From a virus (Duplodnaviria; Caudoviricetes): a stretch of 43,771 bases of DNA. This document shows, piece after piece, positions 7,523 to 17,953 of the stretch (position 1 is the first letter of the stretch; each line of letters opens with the position of its first letter). The notes under the pieces are model-generated. The model worked only from the letters and a program-made list of their open reading frames with translations. It had not been told where the DNA came from and did no database searches. Location of the stretch: positions 1 through 43,771 of IMG/VR virus record IMGVR_UViG_3300046734_001067; one strand, written 5' to 3'. A program made the position numbers and the translations under genes.

Positions 7523-10500
7523 TGAGTTTTTATAAAAACAGACTTAGAAAAAAAATATCAATCGCTGGTAGAAGTAAGGGAGCTAAGCCCTCTTATCTTA
7601 TGCCTCCAGATGGAACTTTTTCAAAAATTGGTTTTCAGATTTATGAAGCATTAGATTTGATCTGTGAAGGCCCAGTAGCTGGCCTCACAGATAAAAAAGG
7701 ATTACTTTTGCAGGGGGATTACGCCAAAAAAGAGTTTAAACAAGACAATAACACAATTGGTAGTTCAACAAATGGAATCGATAAAGGTATTTACTTTAAC
7801 GATATTTCATTAAGGGAAGAAACAAATCAGCCAACGCATTCAAAATATGATGTAGAATTTAGAGATGGCTCCGAATTTCAAAAAGCTAGTTCTATAGTAA
7901 AAACGCCAAGTAAGTTGCATAAGATATCAACTCCGATAAAAGGACCGTATGATATGACTAGATTTGGAGATATTATAGGGTACGACGAATTCGAGAATCC
8001 AATATATGAAGATAAAGACAATGGAGCAAGAACGGGCAATGGTAGTAGAGATGTTAGATTCGAAGGTACGGAAGCTAGAGACTTTGTGAACTGGCAAAAC
8101 TTGGGAGTAAGAGAAGTTTTAGAAAAGCCGTTCAACCACATCAATTATGACAAAAATGTAAATAAATTAACAATTGGTTTACAAATAGACGGTCTTAGCG
8201 ATACAAAAAGTTATGCTGCTGCATCTGAAAATGATGCAGGAAAAAGTAAGATGGGAACACCTTTGCCATTAACCGTAAGTGTCCAGGTGGTCGTAGGAAA
8301 GGTTAATAAAAATGGTGTAGAAACAACCCAAACAGCATCATTCACAACCAGAAGCGGCAAGGGGGTGACTCTCGGTAGTGGTAACGGGGTAATATCAATA
8401 AGTGGAATCATAACTGCCCCATATTCGATTAGTTTGGAAAATATAACTTTACCAGCTTTGTCTGATACTGATATATATAATTTTGTAAGAGTGAGAAAAT
8501 CAGAATACGAAACTTATTCCAATTTAATTAAAAGAGAGATTGGGGTCGCCACTATAACGGAAATAAATGATCAGACTTATGTCTACCCAAATTCTTGCTA
8601 CGTTGCCAATTCTATAGATTCTAAATACTTTCCGCAAGTTCCGACTAGGACTTTCAGACTTAAAGGTAAAAAAATCTTGATACCTTCTAATTATAACCCA
8701 ATTAATGTGGATGGATCTGATAGAAGATTTTCTAGTGACGGGTCGACAAGAGGTAACCAAATTTACAATGGAAACTGGGATGGGACATTTAAATTTGGAT
8801 GGTCTGACAATCCTGCTTGGATTTATTATGATCTTTTGATCAATACTAGATATGGAATAGGGTCCCACTTAAGGGATGTAGAAATTGTTGATAAGTGGAC
8901 TCTGTATGAAATAAGCATGTATTGTGATGCCGTCACAATGAATGATGGAAGCAAAACAACAAATGATTATGGCGGTGCTGGCTATTTCATTGGTCTAGAT
9001 GATGGGTTAGGGGGTTTAGAACCAAGATTTAGCTGCAATATTCTTATAAAAGATCAATTAGGAGCTTTTGAAGCGCTTCAAGATTTAGCTCGGTCTTTCA
9101 GAGCGATGACTTATTTTAATAATTCTTGCGTGACTGTTAAAGTGGATAGACCTTATTTTTTCGAAGACTTTAATAATACCTCTACTACAGCGCCAAAAGA
9201 AAATAAGTTTCCCCCTCATTTAATTTTTAATAATTTAAATGTTAAAGATGGAATGTTTTCTTATGCAGATGTAGATAAATCAACTAAATTATCTGCTGTA
9301 GAAGTTTCTTTTTTAGACAAAAAAAATAATTACAGAAGTGCAACAGAATACGTCGAAGATACTGAAGCTATTAAATATGTAGGATTAAATTTTAAGCAAA
9401 TAGATGGCATTGGTGTAACTTCCAGATCTCAAGCTCATAGATTAGCTAAATACATTTTATTTGAATCCCAATACACGACTGAAACAGTTTCTTTTAATGC
9501 TGGATTTGAAGGTCTTCTAATAGAGCCAGGAGATGTAATTATGGTCGAAGATGAAATGAGAAATTTCACTAAAAATTTCGGTACAATATTAGGAGCAAGT
9601 GGACAGACGACTTACTATGATCCAGATGGAACTAGCAACATCGCAACATTAACTAATGGGCAGGGCCCAAAAGCTATAATTGTCGAACCAGCTATTGGCA
9701 GCGATCAATTAGATTATATAACTGGAGGGAATATACATATATATAATCCAGTAGGAAAATCTGGAATCGATGATTTTTACAGAAATCCATCTAGTAATAA
9801 TGAACTTTATAGGGAGATACATAACCCGCAAGTAATATCTTTACAAATTAAACCAGGCGGTTCTGGATCGAGTTATGATGTAGTAGATAGTGGAGTAGCT
9901 ATATATATAAATGGCTTGAACAATTTTACAGATGGGAATGCTCAAAGCCAATGGTTCTCAGAAAAAGATGTCAATATAAGGCATGGGTCTATTTACAATA
10001 TCGATGCGAGCGGTAGATCTCCAAATTATTATAGGGTATTAAATATACAAGAAGATAAAGAAAAAGGATTTAATATATCCGCAACAATTCATCATACTGG
10101 CAAATTTAAATTTGTTGAAGAAAATATCGCATTTGATACTGAAGATGATACATTTCAGCCAGATTTAAGAATAACTGACGTGATTAGGCCAGTCAAGCCA
10201 GCTTCAGTAGTAACTGGGGCAAAAATTCAAAACGCCGACCAGTCCCTGAGTTTACCTATAACAATAACAGATCCAGCTTCGGGGATTCCTGAAAAATATA
10301 TTGTATTTCTAGAAGAGCCAAATACAAATGTTATAATTTCTGAAGTTTTTAAAAGTGCCAGTTCAACAACAGTATTTACTTTAAGTGGGGAGGCAAAAAT
10401 AGATCAAATTGGAGATTATGAAATAAATGTATTTTCGGAAAACATAACCCCGATTAAATCAAGAAGTAGTGACGCTACATCGGTACCCTTTACTACGCAA

Positions 10501-12681
10501 GTATCTGATTTCGGATTCACCGCTCAAGATAATTTTGTTGAATATCAAAATATTTTTATAAATACTGCATACCAGTCATCATATGACAATATAAATGAAA
10601 CTGGAACTGCTCAAAATTCTTTTTTTGAACGTGACCCGAATATAAATACTGTTGTTAGTTTCGAATTTGAAGATATATTCGGAAATAGCGGAGCTTCTGT
10701 AACAGATACAGTAAATGATCAAGTGATTAATTTAAAAGATAATGCAGGCAATATTATAAAAAATAATTTTAAAATACTCTCGAATGAAAATTCTGTAACA
10801 ATATCAAACTCAGAATTAAATACTGCATTTAATTACACTGGAGACGGAAAATATATAATGCCTCCAAGTCTAGACTTTGAAGTTTCAAGTTTTGAATTGA
10901 CTGGCTCTGAATCAGCGACGCAGACTTTTGCTTTTGGAGAAAATTTCGATGAGACACCTGCGATTTTTATGTATCAAATAGTTGATGGGGATTATAGCGA
11001 TTTTTCCAAACCCATTGGAAGGATAAACTCCACATCTTCGGGATTTTCTGTTACTGGTATTTCGGAAAGAAACAGTAAATACGCTTATGTAGCATCAAAA
11101 ACAGGGCTTTTTAAATTTAATGGAGCTTCAAAAACAATACAAATAGGCAAGGTCAATAATAATAATACTTCCGATTATCAGTTTGTGAGTTTCCATGAAG
11201 ATTTCAATGTTGCCCCTAGAGTGTTTGTGCAACTTCAAGAACCCAACACAACGACAGAAACTTATTTTTCAGATACTTGCATAACGGGGGTTTCAACAAG
11301 TGGGTTTTTCTTCAAATCTTTTCAGTCAGATTTGACTGTCGCTGATGGAACTGGTTTATACGCTTATATAGCTTTAGATCAAAATATATTTAATGTTTCT
11401 TCTGTTAGTGATCTACCGATATTGTCATTGAATTATTGCGCTACTGGAGAACAATCTTTTCAATTTTCATCTGACGCTATTTTAGAACCAGCTAATGGAA
11501 CAAATAATGTAGGACTAAGATTCGCCCATGATCAATATGCCGTTATGTGCCAAAGATCTGGAGACAATTCAGACTTTGATGATAAGTTCTTTGTTGTCCA
11601 CAGAACAGGAAATCAAAATAGAGCTTTCCAGCATATGTTAGAAACAGGTTTGGAGCCAGGGCTTAGATCTCAATTAACTGGAGGTGCAACAAACCATATA
11701 CTCATTACTGGAGAAAACCTTCAAATAGATACTGGCAATTTCACATTGGCGGCTTGGTTCAAATTTAATAGCAATTTAAATGGCAAACAATATTTGTTAG
11801 AATCTCAAAAAAATGGAACTGGCCTAGCTTGGTTCCAATCTGGTGATGGAAAAAATTATTTAAATTTAAATGGAACGGACTATTTGGCGGCTACTGGCGC
11901 AACAACATTAAACGATGGCAATTTACATTTTTTACAAATAGTAGTTGATAGAGAAAATGGATTAACAGGATATTTAGATGATGCCACAAATTTCAATGTA
12001 AATACATCCATAACTGGACTTAGAGATGAATCTTTTATAACCGAATTTAATATTACTGGCGTTGGAACGGGCGTTTCTGGAAATATAAATACATTCGATG
12101 GGGATTATACTGGATCTTCTCCCTTGTTCCAAAATATAACTACAAGTGGGTTAAGATTTAAACTAGATGGAACTAAATGGATATTGACCGATGAAGATGC
12201 TGGAAGTGTAAGTTTTGGCAAAATAGCTTGGGAAGGAGGTAGTAATGTTGATTACCCTTGGAATGTTATCTCTTGGACTGGGGTGGACGCTTTGGGGGCA
12301 AGCTCTCCTCCATCTTTTTCTGGACTTACTCCTTTTGTTGGTGTAAATTTAAATTCTCAAACAGGTTTTAAGGTTTTAGGAAATTCAGAATTAAATGGAG
12401 AAGCCTTGACTAGTGGACATCTTAATAAATATTTCTCATTGATAAGTGGGGCAACCGTAGGGAATTATTTTAGCGATCCAAACAGTTTTTTTACTGGTTT
12501 TACGGGTGATGCAAATACTGAATTTATATTCAATATAACAGGTTTCCCATCATTAATAGATGCTTCTGAAAATACAACAATAAACTTAGTAGGTAATATA
12601 GAAAGATCCGAAGAAATAATAAATAGATTATCTAGTTCTAATTTTAATTTTATGCAAATAGGAGTTACAGGTACATTATGA
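7522..12681 (+). CDS. tail tip / host-specificity protein J with lectin-like and LamG-like C-terminal domains
   Basis: DLICEGPVAGL, WDGTFKFGWSDNPAWIYYDLL..RYG, EPRFSCN, GVTSRSQAHRLAKY, IEPGDVI; C-terminal NFTLAAWFK...LNDGNLH LamG-like segment. Confidence 0.92.
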   Translation: MSFYKNRLRKKISIAGRSKGAKPSYLMPPDGTFSKIGFQIYEALDLICEGPVAGLTDKKGLLLQGDYAKKEFKQDNNTIGSSTNGIDKGIYFNDISLREETNQPTHSKYDVEFRDGSEFQKASSIVKTPSKLHKISTPIKGPYDMTRFGDIIGYDEFENPIYEDKDNGARTGNGSRDVRFEGTEARDFVNWQNLGVREVLEKPFNHINYDKNVNKLTIGLQIDGLSDTKSYAAASENDAGKSKMGTPLPLTVSVQVVVGKVNKNGVETTQTASFTTRSGKGVTLGSGNGVISISGIITAPYSISLENITLPALSDTDIYNFVRVRKSEYETYSNLIKREIGVATITEINDQTYVYPNSCYVANSIDSKYFPQVPTRTFRLKGKKILIPSNYNPINVDGSDRRFSSDGSTRGNQIYNGNWDGTFKFGWSDNPAWIYYDLLINTRYGIGSHLRDVEIVDKWTLYEISMYCDAVTMNDGSKTTNDYGGAGYFIGLDDGLGGLEPRFSCNILIKDQLGAFEALQDLARSFRAMTYFNNSCVTVKVDRPYFFEDFNNTSTTAPKENKFPPHLIFNNLNVKDGMFSYADVDKSTKLSAVEVSFLDKKNNYRSATEYVEDTEAIKYVGLNFKQIDGIGVTSRSQAHRLAKYILFESQYTTETVSFNAGFEGLLIEPGDVIMVEDEMRNFTKNFGTILGASGQTTYYDPDGTSNIATLTNGQGPKAIIVEPAIGSDQLDYITGGNIHIYNPVGKSGIDDFYRNPSSNNELYREIHNPQVISLQIKPGGSGSSYDVVDSGVAIYINGLNNFTDGNAQSQWFSEKDVNIRHGSIYNIDASGRSPNYYRVLNIQEDKEKGFNISATIHHTGKFKFVEENIAFDTEDDTFQPDLRITDVIRPVKPASVVTGAKIQNADQSLSLPITITDPASGIPEKYIVFLEEPNTNVIISEVFKSASSTTVFTLSGEAKIDQIGDYEINVFSENITPIKSRSSDATSVPFTTQVSDFGFTAQDNFVEYQNIFINTAYQSSYDNINETGTAQNSFFERDPNINTVVSFEFEDIFGNSGASVTDTVNDQVINLKDNAGNIIKNNFKILSNENSVTISNSELNTAFNYTGDGKYIMPPSLDFEVSSFELTGSESATQTFAFGENFDETPAIFMYQIVDGDYSDFSKPIGRINSTSSGFSVTGISERNSKYAYVASKTGLFKFNGASKTIQIGKVNNNNTSDYQFVSFHEDFNVAPRVFVQLQEPNTTTETYFSDTCITGVSTSGFFFKSFQSDLTVADGTGLYAYIALDQNIFNVSSVSDLPILSLNYCATGEQSFQFSSDAILEPANGTNNVGLRFAHDQYAVMCQRSGDNSDFDDKFFVVHRTGNQNRAFQHMLETGLEPGLRSQLTGGATNHILITGENLQIDTGNFTLAAWFKFNSNLNGKQYLLESQKNGTGLAWFQSGDGKNYLNLNGTDYLAATGATTLNDGNLHFLQIVVDRENGLTGYLDDATNFNVNTSITGLRDESFITEFNITGVGTGVSGNINTFDGDYTGSSPLFQNITTSGLRFKLDGTKWILTDEDAGSVSFGKIAWEGGSNVDYPWNVISWTGVDALGASSPPSFSGLTPFVGVNLNSQTGFKVLGNSELNGEALTSGHLNKYFSLISGATVGNYFSDPNSFFTGFTGDANTEFIFNITGFPSLIDASENTTINLVGNIERSEEIINRLSSSNFNFMQIGVTGTL

Positions 12682-13574
12682 GATTTAATCAAGTAGTAGT
12701 GGGGCAGCATCCAGCAACATCTGGATATCAACTTGAATGCTTTGTAAGTTCAGATGGTGGAGCTGGCTTCTCTAGCGGGTCTGGAACTTTAAATGTCGAA
12801 TTCCCAAAGTTCGCGATTACAGGAGTAGAATTTAATGGCGAAAATCTTCTTTTTGAGCCAACTGGTGAAGGTTTATTGCTTATGGAAGATATAAGAGTTT
12901 TAGAAGGTTTTATAACTTTAAAAACTTTTTTTTCTGGTGATTTGAATGGCAATACTGGCTTATCAATTCAAAACATAAAGGGTGTTGATATTTATACTGG
13001 ATCCGATTCAACATTTAAGCCAGATACTATTGCTTTTACAAATAGAATTGATTCTGAAGCCGTCTCATTGCAGTCTGGAGATGAATCTATATTCATAACA
13101 ATTAATTCTGGCGATATCGATAATAAAATCGAGCAGAACATATTCTATAAAGCGCTGCCAATAGATTATTTAACTTTTGGTCAAGAATCTGATGCGGTCA
13201 GCGGCAGTATGTTCGGCGGATTTGAAGAATTTTCTAAAATCACAGGTTCATCAGATGTTGTTATTTCTAGATCAAATGCAAATGATTTAAGATTCCATTC
13301 CGCCTCAATGACAGATATATATGCAGGTGTTAAAATTATTATTTCAAACGATATACCAAAAGATTTTATAGGCAATTTTAGAATTAGAACAAACAGTGAA
13401 GAAGTTGTAATTTCTGGAAGCGGCGGCGCAACTTTACAGTCTACATCCAGCGACTTTAGCGTTTCAAATAACTCAATTACAGTTCCAGCGGGAAATGATC
13501 TTGCCGAATTTGAAATTAGTTCTCTATTGGATCAAAATGATACAAGAACAGCTTTTGTTGTGGGAGAGTTATAA
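12678..13574 (+). CDS. hypothetical protein, probably tail-associated
   Basis: ATGA-coupled to J; acidic, beta-rich composition. Confidence 0.7.
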   Translation: MRFNQVVVGQHPATSGYQLECFVSSDGGAGFSSGSGTLNVEFPKFAITGVEFNGENLLFEPTGEGLLLMEDIRVLEGFITLKTFFSGDLNGNTGLSIQNIKGVDIYTGSDSTFKPDTIAFTNRIDSEAVSLQSGDESIFITINSGDIDNKIEQNIFYKALPIDYLTFGQESDAVSGSMFGGFEEFSKITGSSDVVISRSNANDLRFHSASMTDIYAGVKIIISNDIPKDFIGNFRIRTNSEEVVISGSGGATLQSTSSDFSVSNNSITVPAGNDLAEFEISSLLDQNDTRTAFVVGEL

Positions 13575-14015
13575 TTCTTTTAAATACATACTTTCAATAT
13601 GTTTGTATTTTTTTCTTGTATATAATTTTTTTAATTTCTCTGGCATGGAATTTTCTAAATGAACCATTGCTATTCTTTTGCATCCTATAGACTTTGCATA
13701 ATCTTCAAATTTATTAAGAATTTTAATACCGCGACCTCTATGATCCTCGTGGACATACCAAAAAGCTTCAGTACAACATAAAGCACCATCTTCTACTGCG
13801 GGCGTTATAAAAAAACCCAGAGCACCAATGATTTTTTCGTCTTTTTCTAAGGCAAAAATTTTGCCACTTTTGGTTTCAATTAATTTTTTCCAGGTTGGAA
13901 GCCAGTTTTTTCTGAAGCCATCCATATCTTCTTTATAGGGTAAGATTTTATAAAAGCTTTCGAGAATATTTTGAAGTTCTCTTAACTGGTCGACTGTTTT
14001 TACTTCAAATATCAT
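13569..14015 (-). CDS. GNAT family N-acetyltransferase
   Basis: IIGALG...EAFWYVHEDHRGRGIKILNKFEDYAKSIGC; ATG 14015 overlaps the upstream TAA. Confidence 0.85.
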   Translation of the reverse strand: MIFEVKTVDQLRELQNILESFYKILPYKEDMDGFRKNWLPTWKKLIETKSGKIFALEKDEKIIGALGFFITPAVEDGALCCTEAFWYVHEDHRGRGIKILNKFEDYAKSIGCKRIAMVHLENSMPEKLKKLYTRKKYKHIESMYLKEL

Positions 14016-14776
14016 TACAGTAGCTTCAGTAGCTTCCGACATTCTTTGGCTGGTATATCTTTGTAATCCTTCCAAGTTTTAATAACCTCTGGGTCATTTT
14101 CGTATTTACCATCGGTATAAAGCTTTCGTAGCTTAACTAGGAATGAATTGAAGTCTGTGCCCGCTTTATCTTTTAAGATGCCTTGTGGGCTAATATCCTT
14201 TGCTCCAGAAGATGAAGGGGGCGCTACGATGGGAGACTTGTCTTTGGAAGAGTCAATCTCGTCAGCGCCAACAATATGAATACCCAAGAAGTTACGAACA
14301 GCACGAACGAAAGCACGATTTTCTGCAATACATTCTAGGAACTTAGCGGCAAATCCATTTGTATTGTGAAGTGTCGCATTGGCAATTGAGGAGAACTTGG
14401 CTCCATGATCACTGGAAAGATGTGTTGGGTTCTCATAATTGCAAATAAAAGTAATAACACATTTGACGACGGACCTCTCTTCAGAAGACTCAACAATGTC
14501 ATAATTGACAGTGTCAATGCCCCTGAGCTTTGCAAGTTCCTTAATTCCGCCAAGTTTGATAAGCAATTGATGATCTTCTAATCCCTCAATAGATTCTGGG
14601 GCTGGCATCTTGCGCATTTCAAACCAACCCTTATTGGGGTATAGGTGTTCTGGGCTAATCATCGCTCGCCAATTGACGGAGCCATCCTCGTTAAATGTAT
14701 AATCAACAGACTCAAGTAGTCCGTGTTCGTTGCGCTTCCAGAGATCTGGGCCGTATATTTTATTTTTCTTCGTCAT
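14015..14776 (-). CDS. probable single-strand annealing protein (Rad52/Sak/Erf-like)
   Basis: IKLGGIKELA...VVKCVITF...AENRAFVRAVRNFLGI...ADE, followed by a Pro/Ser linker. Confidence 0.6.
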   Translation of the reverse strand: MTKKNKIYGPDLWKRNEHGLLESVDYTFNEDGSVNWRAMISPEHLYPNKGWFEMRKMPAPESIEGLEDHQLLIKLGGIKELAKLRGIDTVNYDIVESSEERSVVKCVITFICNYENPTHLSSDHGAKFSSIANATLHNTNGFAAKFLECIAENRAFVRAVRNFLGIHIVGADEIDSSKDKSPIVAPPSSSGAKDISPQGILKDKAGTDFNSFLVKLRKLYTDGKYENDPEVIKTWKDYKDIPAKECRKLLKLL

Positions 14777-15887
14777 ATAGATATAAACTTTCTAATTCTA
14801 GTTTTGAGATTTCATCATAAACGAAATTATTACTTTTGTCAAGTCTTTTTGCAGAAGATTCCGACGGGAAGACCTTGGCTTCAGAAATAAATCTTTTTTT
14901 AGAAATAAATTTTGAAGCTGTAATGTTTTCAATTTCTGGGTCAATTACCTCAGTCACTAGGAAATCAAAATATTTGAATCTAATGTCGGAAATTTTTTTC
15001 TTATCTTTAACTTGAATTACGACATTGATTTTTCTATTTTTTAAAGTTTTAAAAAAATTAGTGAGGTCTTCGTTTTTACTTGTATCGTATTTGTATGTAA
15101 CCTGCTTTAAGTTGGGCATGTAGTTCAATGCGTTCAAATCAAAAGTTTTAGAAATGTGAAGGTTTACCACACACATTTGGCACCATTGACAAATATTATT
15201 GATATTGTGTTCAATGTCGCCTCTGACATTTACAGGTTTACCCGCCAACTCTTTAGAATGGCCAAAGAAATCAGGAACAATTTCAACAACCTCATCTTGG
15301 AAGTTTGCGCCGATTTTAATGGTTTTAAATTTTATTTTTGTTTTGATCTCTAATTGATCTAAAATCGATTGAGCTATAACTTCTGGTTTTATTTCATTGA
15401 TTCTCTTACAATTGACACCAAACGATGGTTTAATTTTAGAAAAATCTGGGCTAAGGCTTATGCAAGATTTTTTTTCATGCCATAAAGGTTTAGAATTATT
15501 TTTATAAAGATTAAAGTGCAAAATCACCGAAGGGACATCATAAGCACTAGCTACATGACCTGGGAGGCTATCGCACCCAACGTGGACTTTAGCCTTCTTA
15601 ATGATATAATTCATTTGTTTGTAAGATGAACCTAAGGTAGGAAAGTCAACACCGTTTATGTTGCCATCATCCAAACCTCCAACCTGCACGATCTTTACAT
15701 CTCCAATAAAAGGTTTTATCAATTCAAGCACCATATCCCAATAAAGATAATTGGCTGATGGCATCTTGTTAGAAGATTGAATTGTTATATATTTTTCTGG
15801 GAGTCCAGGAAAAAAATGTTCAGTGATTGTGGGTTTTCCAATTTTAACCCCCAAATCTTTTGCATAAACTTCAGCTATATGACTCAT
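14760..15887 (-). CDS. GT9 (heptosyltransferase-like) C-terminal domain plus an unknown domain
   Basis: YITIQ...YWDMVL...IVQVGG...IIKKAKVHVGCDSLPGHVASAYDVPSVIL. Confidence 0.75.
   Translation of the reverse strand: MSHIAEVYAKDLGVKIGKPTITEHFFPGLPEKYITIQSSNKMPSANYLYWDMVLELIKPFIGDVKIVQVGGLDDGNINGVDFPTLGSSYKQMNYIIKKAKVHVGCDSLPGHVASAYDVPSVILHFNLYKNNSKPLWHEKKSCISLSPDFSKIKPSFGVNCKRINEIKPEVIAQSILDQLEIKTKIKFKTIKIGANFQDEVVEIVPDFFGHSKELAGKPVNVRGDIEHNINNICQWCQMCVVNLHISKTFDLNALNYMPNLKQVTYKYDTSKNEDLTNFFKTLKNRKINVVIQVKDKKKISDIRFKYFDFLVTEVIDPEIENITASKFISKKRFISEAKVFPSESSAKRLDKSNNFVYDEISKLELESLYLYDEEK
14814..14842 (-). promoter_or_regulatory. sigma70 promoter inside the upstream gene
   Basis: TTGACA (14842-14837), 17 nt, TATGAT (14819-14814). 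Confidence 0.6.
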
Positions 15888-16275
15888 ATGATTTTACTTC
15901 TTTTACGTCAGAATTTGTTATTTCGTTAATTTGGTTTTTAAGGTCAAAGCGTTTGTCGTTTGCGTGGTAGACATCTCTCGCTAATCGAATAAATTCTGCA
16001 CTAAAATCTTTAATTTTTTCGCAGTATCTAATATTGTCTTCAATGCTCCAAAGGCTTAAATTAATTTCAAAAAGGTCTGCTTTAAGGGCAAACAGTAAAG
16101 GTATATCAAATTTAACGGAATCTTGCAATATATCATTTAGTTTTTGATTAAGTTGTGATTGTTCATTTTTAACCTCCTTTAGCTTATCAACATCTTTGAT
16201 CATCATTTTTTTGATTTCAAGAATCGTTAATTTATCTACAAGTTCTCCTGTTGAGACTGGAATATTAATTTTCAT
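15871..16275 (-). CDS. DUF6165 family protein
   Basis: IPVSTGELVDKLTILEIK...LWSIEDNIR...ARDVYHANDKRFDLKNQIN...EVKSY. Confidence 0.85.
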   Translation of the reverse strand: MKINIPVSTGELVDKLTILEIKKMMIKDVDKLKEVKNEQSQLNQKLNDILQDSVKFDIPLLFALKADLFEINLSLWSIEDNIRYCEKIKDFSAEFIRLARDVYHANDKRFDLKNQINEITNSDVKEVKSYESYS

Positions 16276-17953
16276 ATAGTTCAAATTGTGTTCTGTCTAT
16301 ACCATTGTGGTGATAATTGTGAAAGCGCTGAGTCCCGTAATGTGGTAAAAATGCTATATCAAAAAACCCTTCATGATCTTGTTTGCCCTCTAGAAAATGT
16401 AAGTTATCAATTTCTTGGGAGTATGGCAGTATTTTATAAACCGCTGGATGGTCTTCTATATAATCAAAGAATTTAGACTTGGTAAAAACATAAATGTCAT
16501 GGTGGGGGTAAAGTTTTTTAAGATTATCCATTAATGAATTAAGCCATAAAACATCTCCAGCGGATTCTGGCATAATAACAGCAATTCGACTTCCTTCATC
16601 CAGCACATCTTCAATATTTATTCCTTGTTTTTCTTTTTTCTGCCAATCAAAGTCATAATCAACATCTGGCATTGCATCTAGAATCTTTTCAAGTTTCTTG
16701 CCTACAGATTCTGTTGAATAGTTATCTATAGTCCATTGTCTGCCTTTCCTACCCATTTGAATGCGTTTGTTTTCATCCATTTGCCAGACTTTTTTAAGCT
16801 GTTTTGCTATGCTCGATGGATAAGTGGAGGCTTTAATGAACTGAGTTCCTGGTTCTCTATATTCCGACCAATCAAGGGGGAAGCTCCCAGATTCAGTTGT
16901 AGAAGAATCTTCGCCGCATGAGTAATTCGTTACAAGAGTGACGAGTTCAGTCATCTTCGCTTCGAAGATTGGAATTTCCATTCCGCCACTCGTGAAGGGG
17001 TGGCAATAAACATCCATGAGATTATAAACCTCATTGAGTTGCTGTTCACTAACTCCCGCTTTTGTATTTGTTGTATTGAGAGATTTTTCAGTCCCGCAAA
17101 AAGGACATTTTTGTTCCTGGCCTGTAAATGGCCGAACTTCATACTCTCCACAAGCCGAGCAATAATATGTAGTTAGAATATCGTCTTTATTGAGTTCTTT
17201 TTCTTTAATGAGTCTTGGAATGTCCCAGCCTTCTGACCAATGAGTATGCAAAAGCAATTTAGCTTGGGGGCAATCTTTTTTAAATATTTTAAAACCTTCT
17301 AATAAGTTTGGAACACTTTTTCTTAGTTGATTCCTAAATACAAAACCAACAATAAATTCATCAGAAAGTCCAAATTTTTGTCTTAAATCTTTTCTGCGAG
17401 TTTCTGGCTGTCTGTAAAAATCATTTGTATCAACCGATCCGTGAAGAGTGCCAACATGATCGTGGCCCATTTGTTTTAAATCTCTTTCTGCAAAAGACGA
17501 CCAACTATAAAAATTTTTTGTTTTAGGCGCGGCCTCTACGGCTTGCGGCAAGATTGGTTGACTATCTAATGTGGTCCAAATCATATGATTAATTTTATCC
17601 CACCACGGCTTTTCCCAATAGCCGCCAAAGGCCCAAATATCTTCGCAACCTATATAGATATCTGGCTTGTATTCTTTAATTGCCAAATCAATAGTTTCAC
17701 CACCATATCCAGCGGAACGACCTCTTTGTGGGTCTTGGTTCAATTGTCGAATAATTGCTGGATCATTTGGTAGGGAGCCTTGAGCTTTCCAGGGTCTTAA
17801 CTTTAATGACGCATCATTCCATTGCAGCCCATTGGCGAATTCAATAATTTCATACTTACCCGTTTTATGAAGATGGCGAAGAATGTTTTTTGCATTTTTG
17901 CCAAACCCCGTAAAGGCTTTAGTGGAATTGGAATGAAAAAGAATCCGCTTCAT
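16265..17953 (-). CDS. GT4-like glycosyltransferase with a Zn-ribbon insert and a C-terminal GT9 N-domain
   Basis: TGFG, VFRNQLRKSVPNLL, YNLMDVYCHPFTSGGMEIPIFEA; CSAC...CPFC insert; SAGDVLW...LKKLYP. Confidence 0.85.
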   Translation of the reverse strand: MKRILFHSNSTKAFTGFGKNAKNILRHLHKTGKYEIIEFANGLQWNDASLKLRPWKAQGSLPNDPAIIRQLNQDPQRGRSAGYGGETIDLAIKEYKPDIYIGCEDIWAFGGYWEKPWWDKINHMIWTTLDSQPILPQAVEAAPKTKNFYSWSSFAERDLKQMGHDHVGTLHGSVDTNDFYRQPETRRKDLRQKFGLSDEFIVGFVFRNQLRKSVPNLLEGFKIFKKDCPQAKLLLHTHWSEGWDIPRLIKEKELNKDDILTTYYCSACGEYEVRPFTGQEQKCPFCGTEKSLNTTNTKAGVSEQQLNEVYNLMDVYCHPFTSGGMEIPIFEAKMTELVTLVTNYSCGEDSSTTESGSFPLDWSEYREPGTQFIKASTYPSSIAKQLKKVWQMDENKRIQMGRKGRQWTIDNYSTESVGKKLEKILDAMPDVDYDFDWQKKEKQGINIEDVLDEGSRIAVIMPESAGDVLWLNSLMDNLKKLYPHHDIYVFTKSKFFDYIEDHPAVYKILPYSQEIDNLHFLEGKQDHEGFFDIAFLPHYGTQRFHNYHHNGIDRTQFELYEN

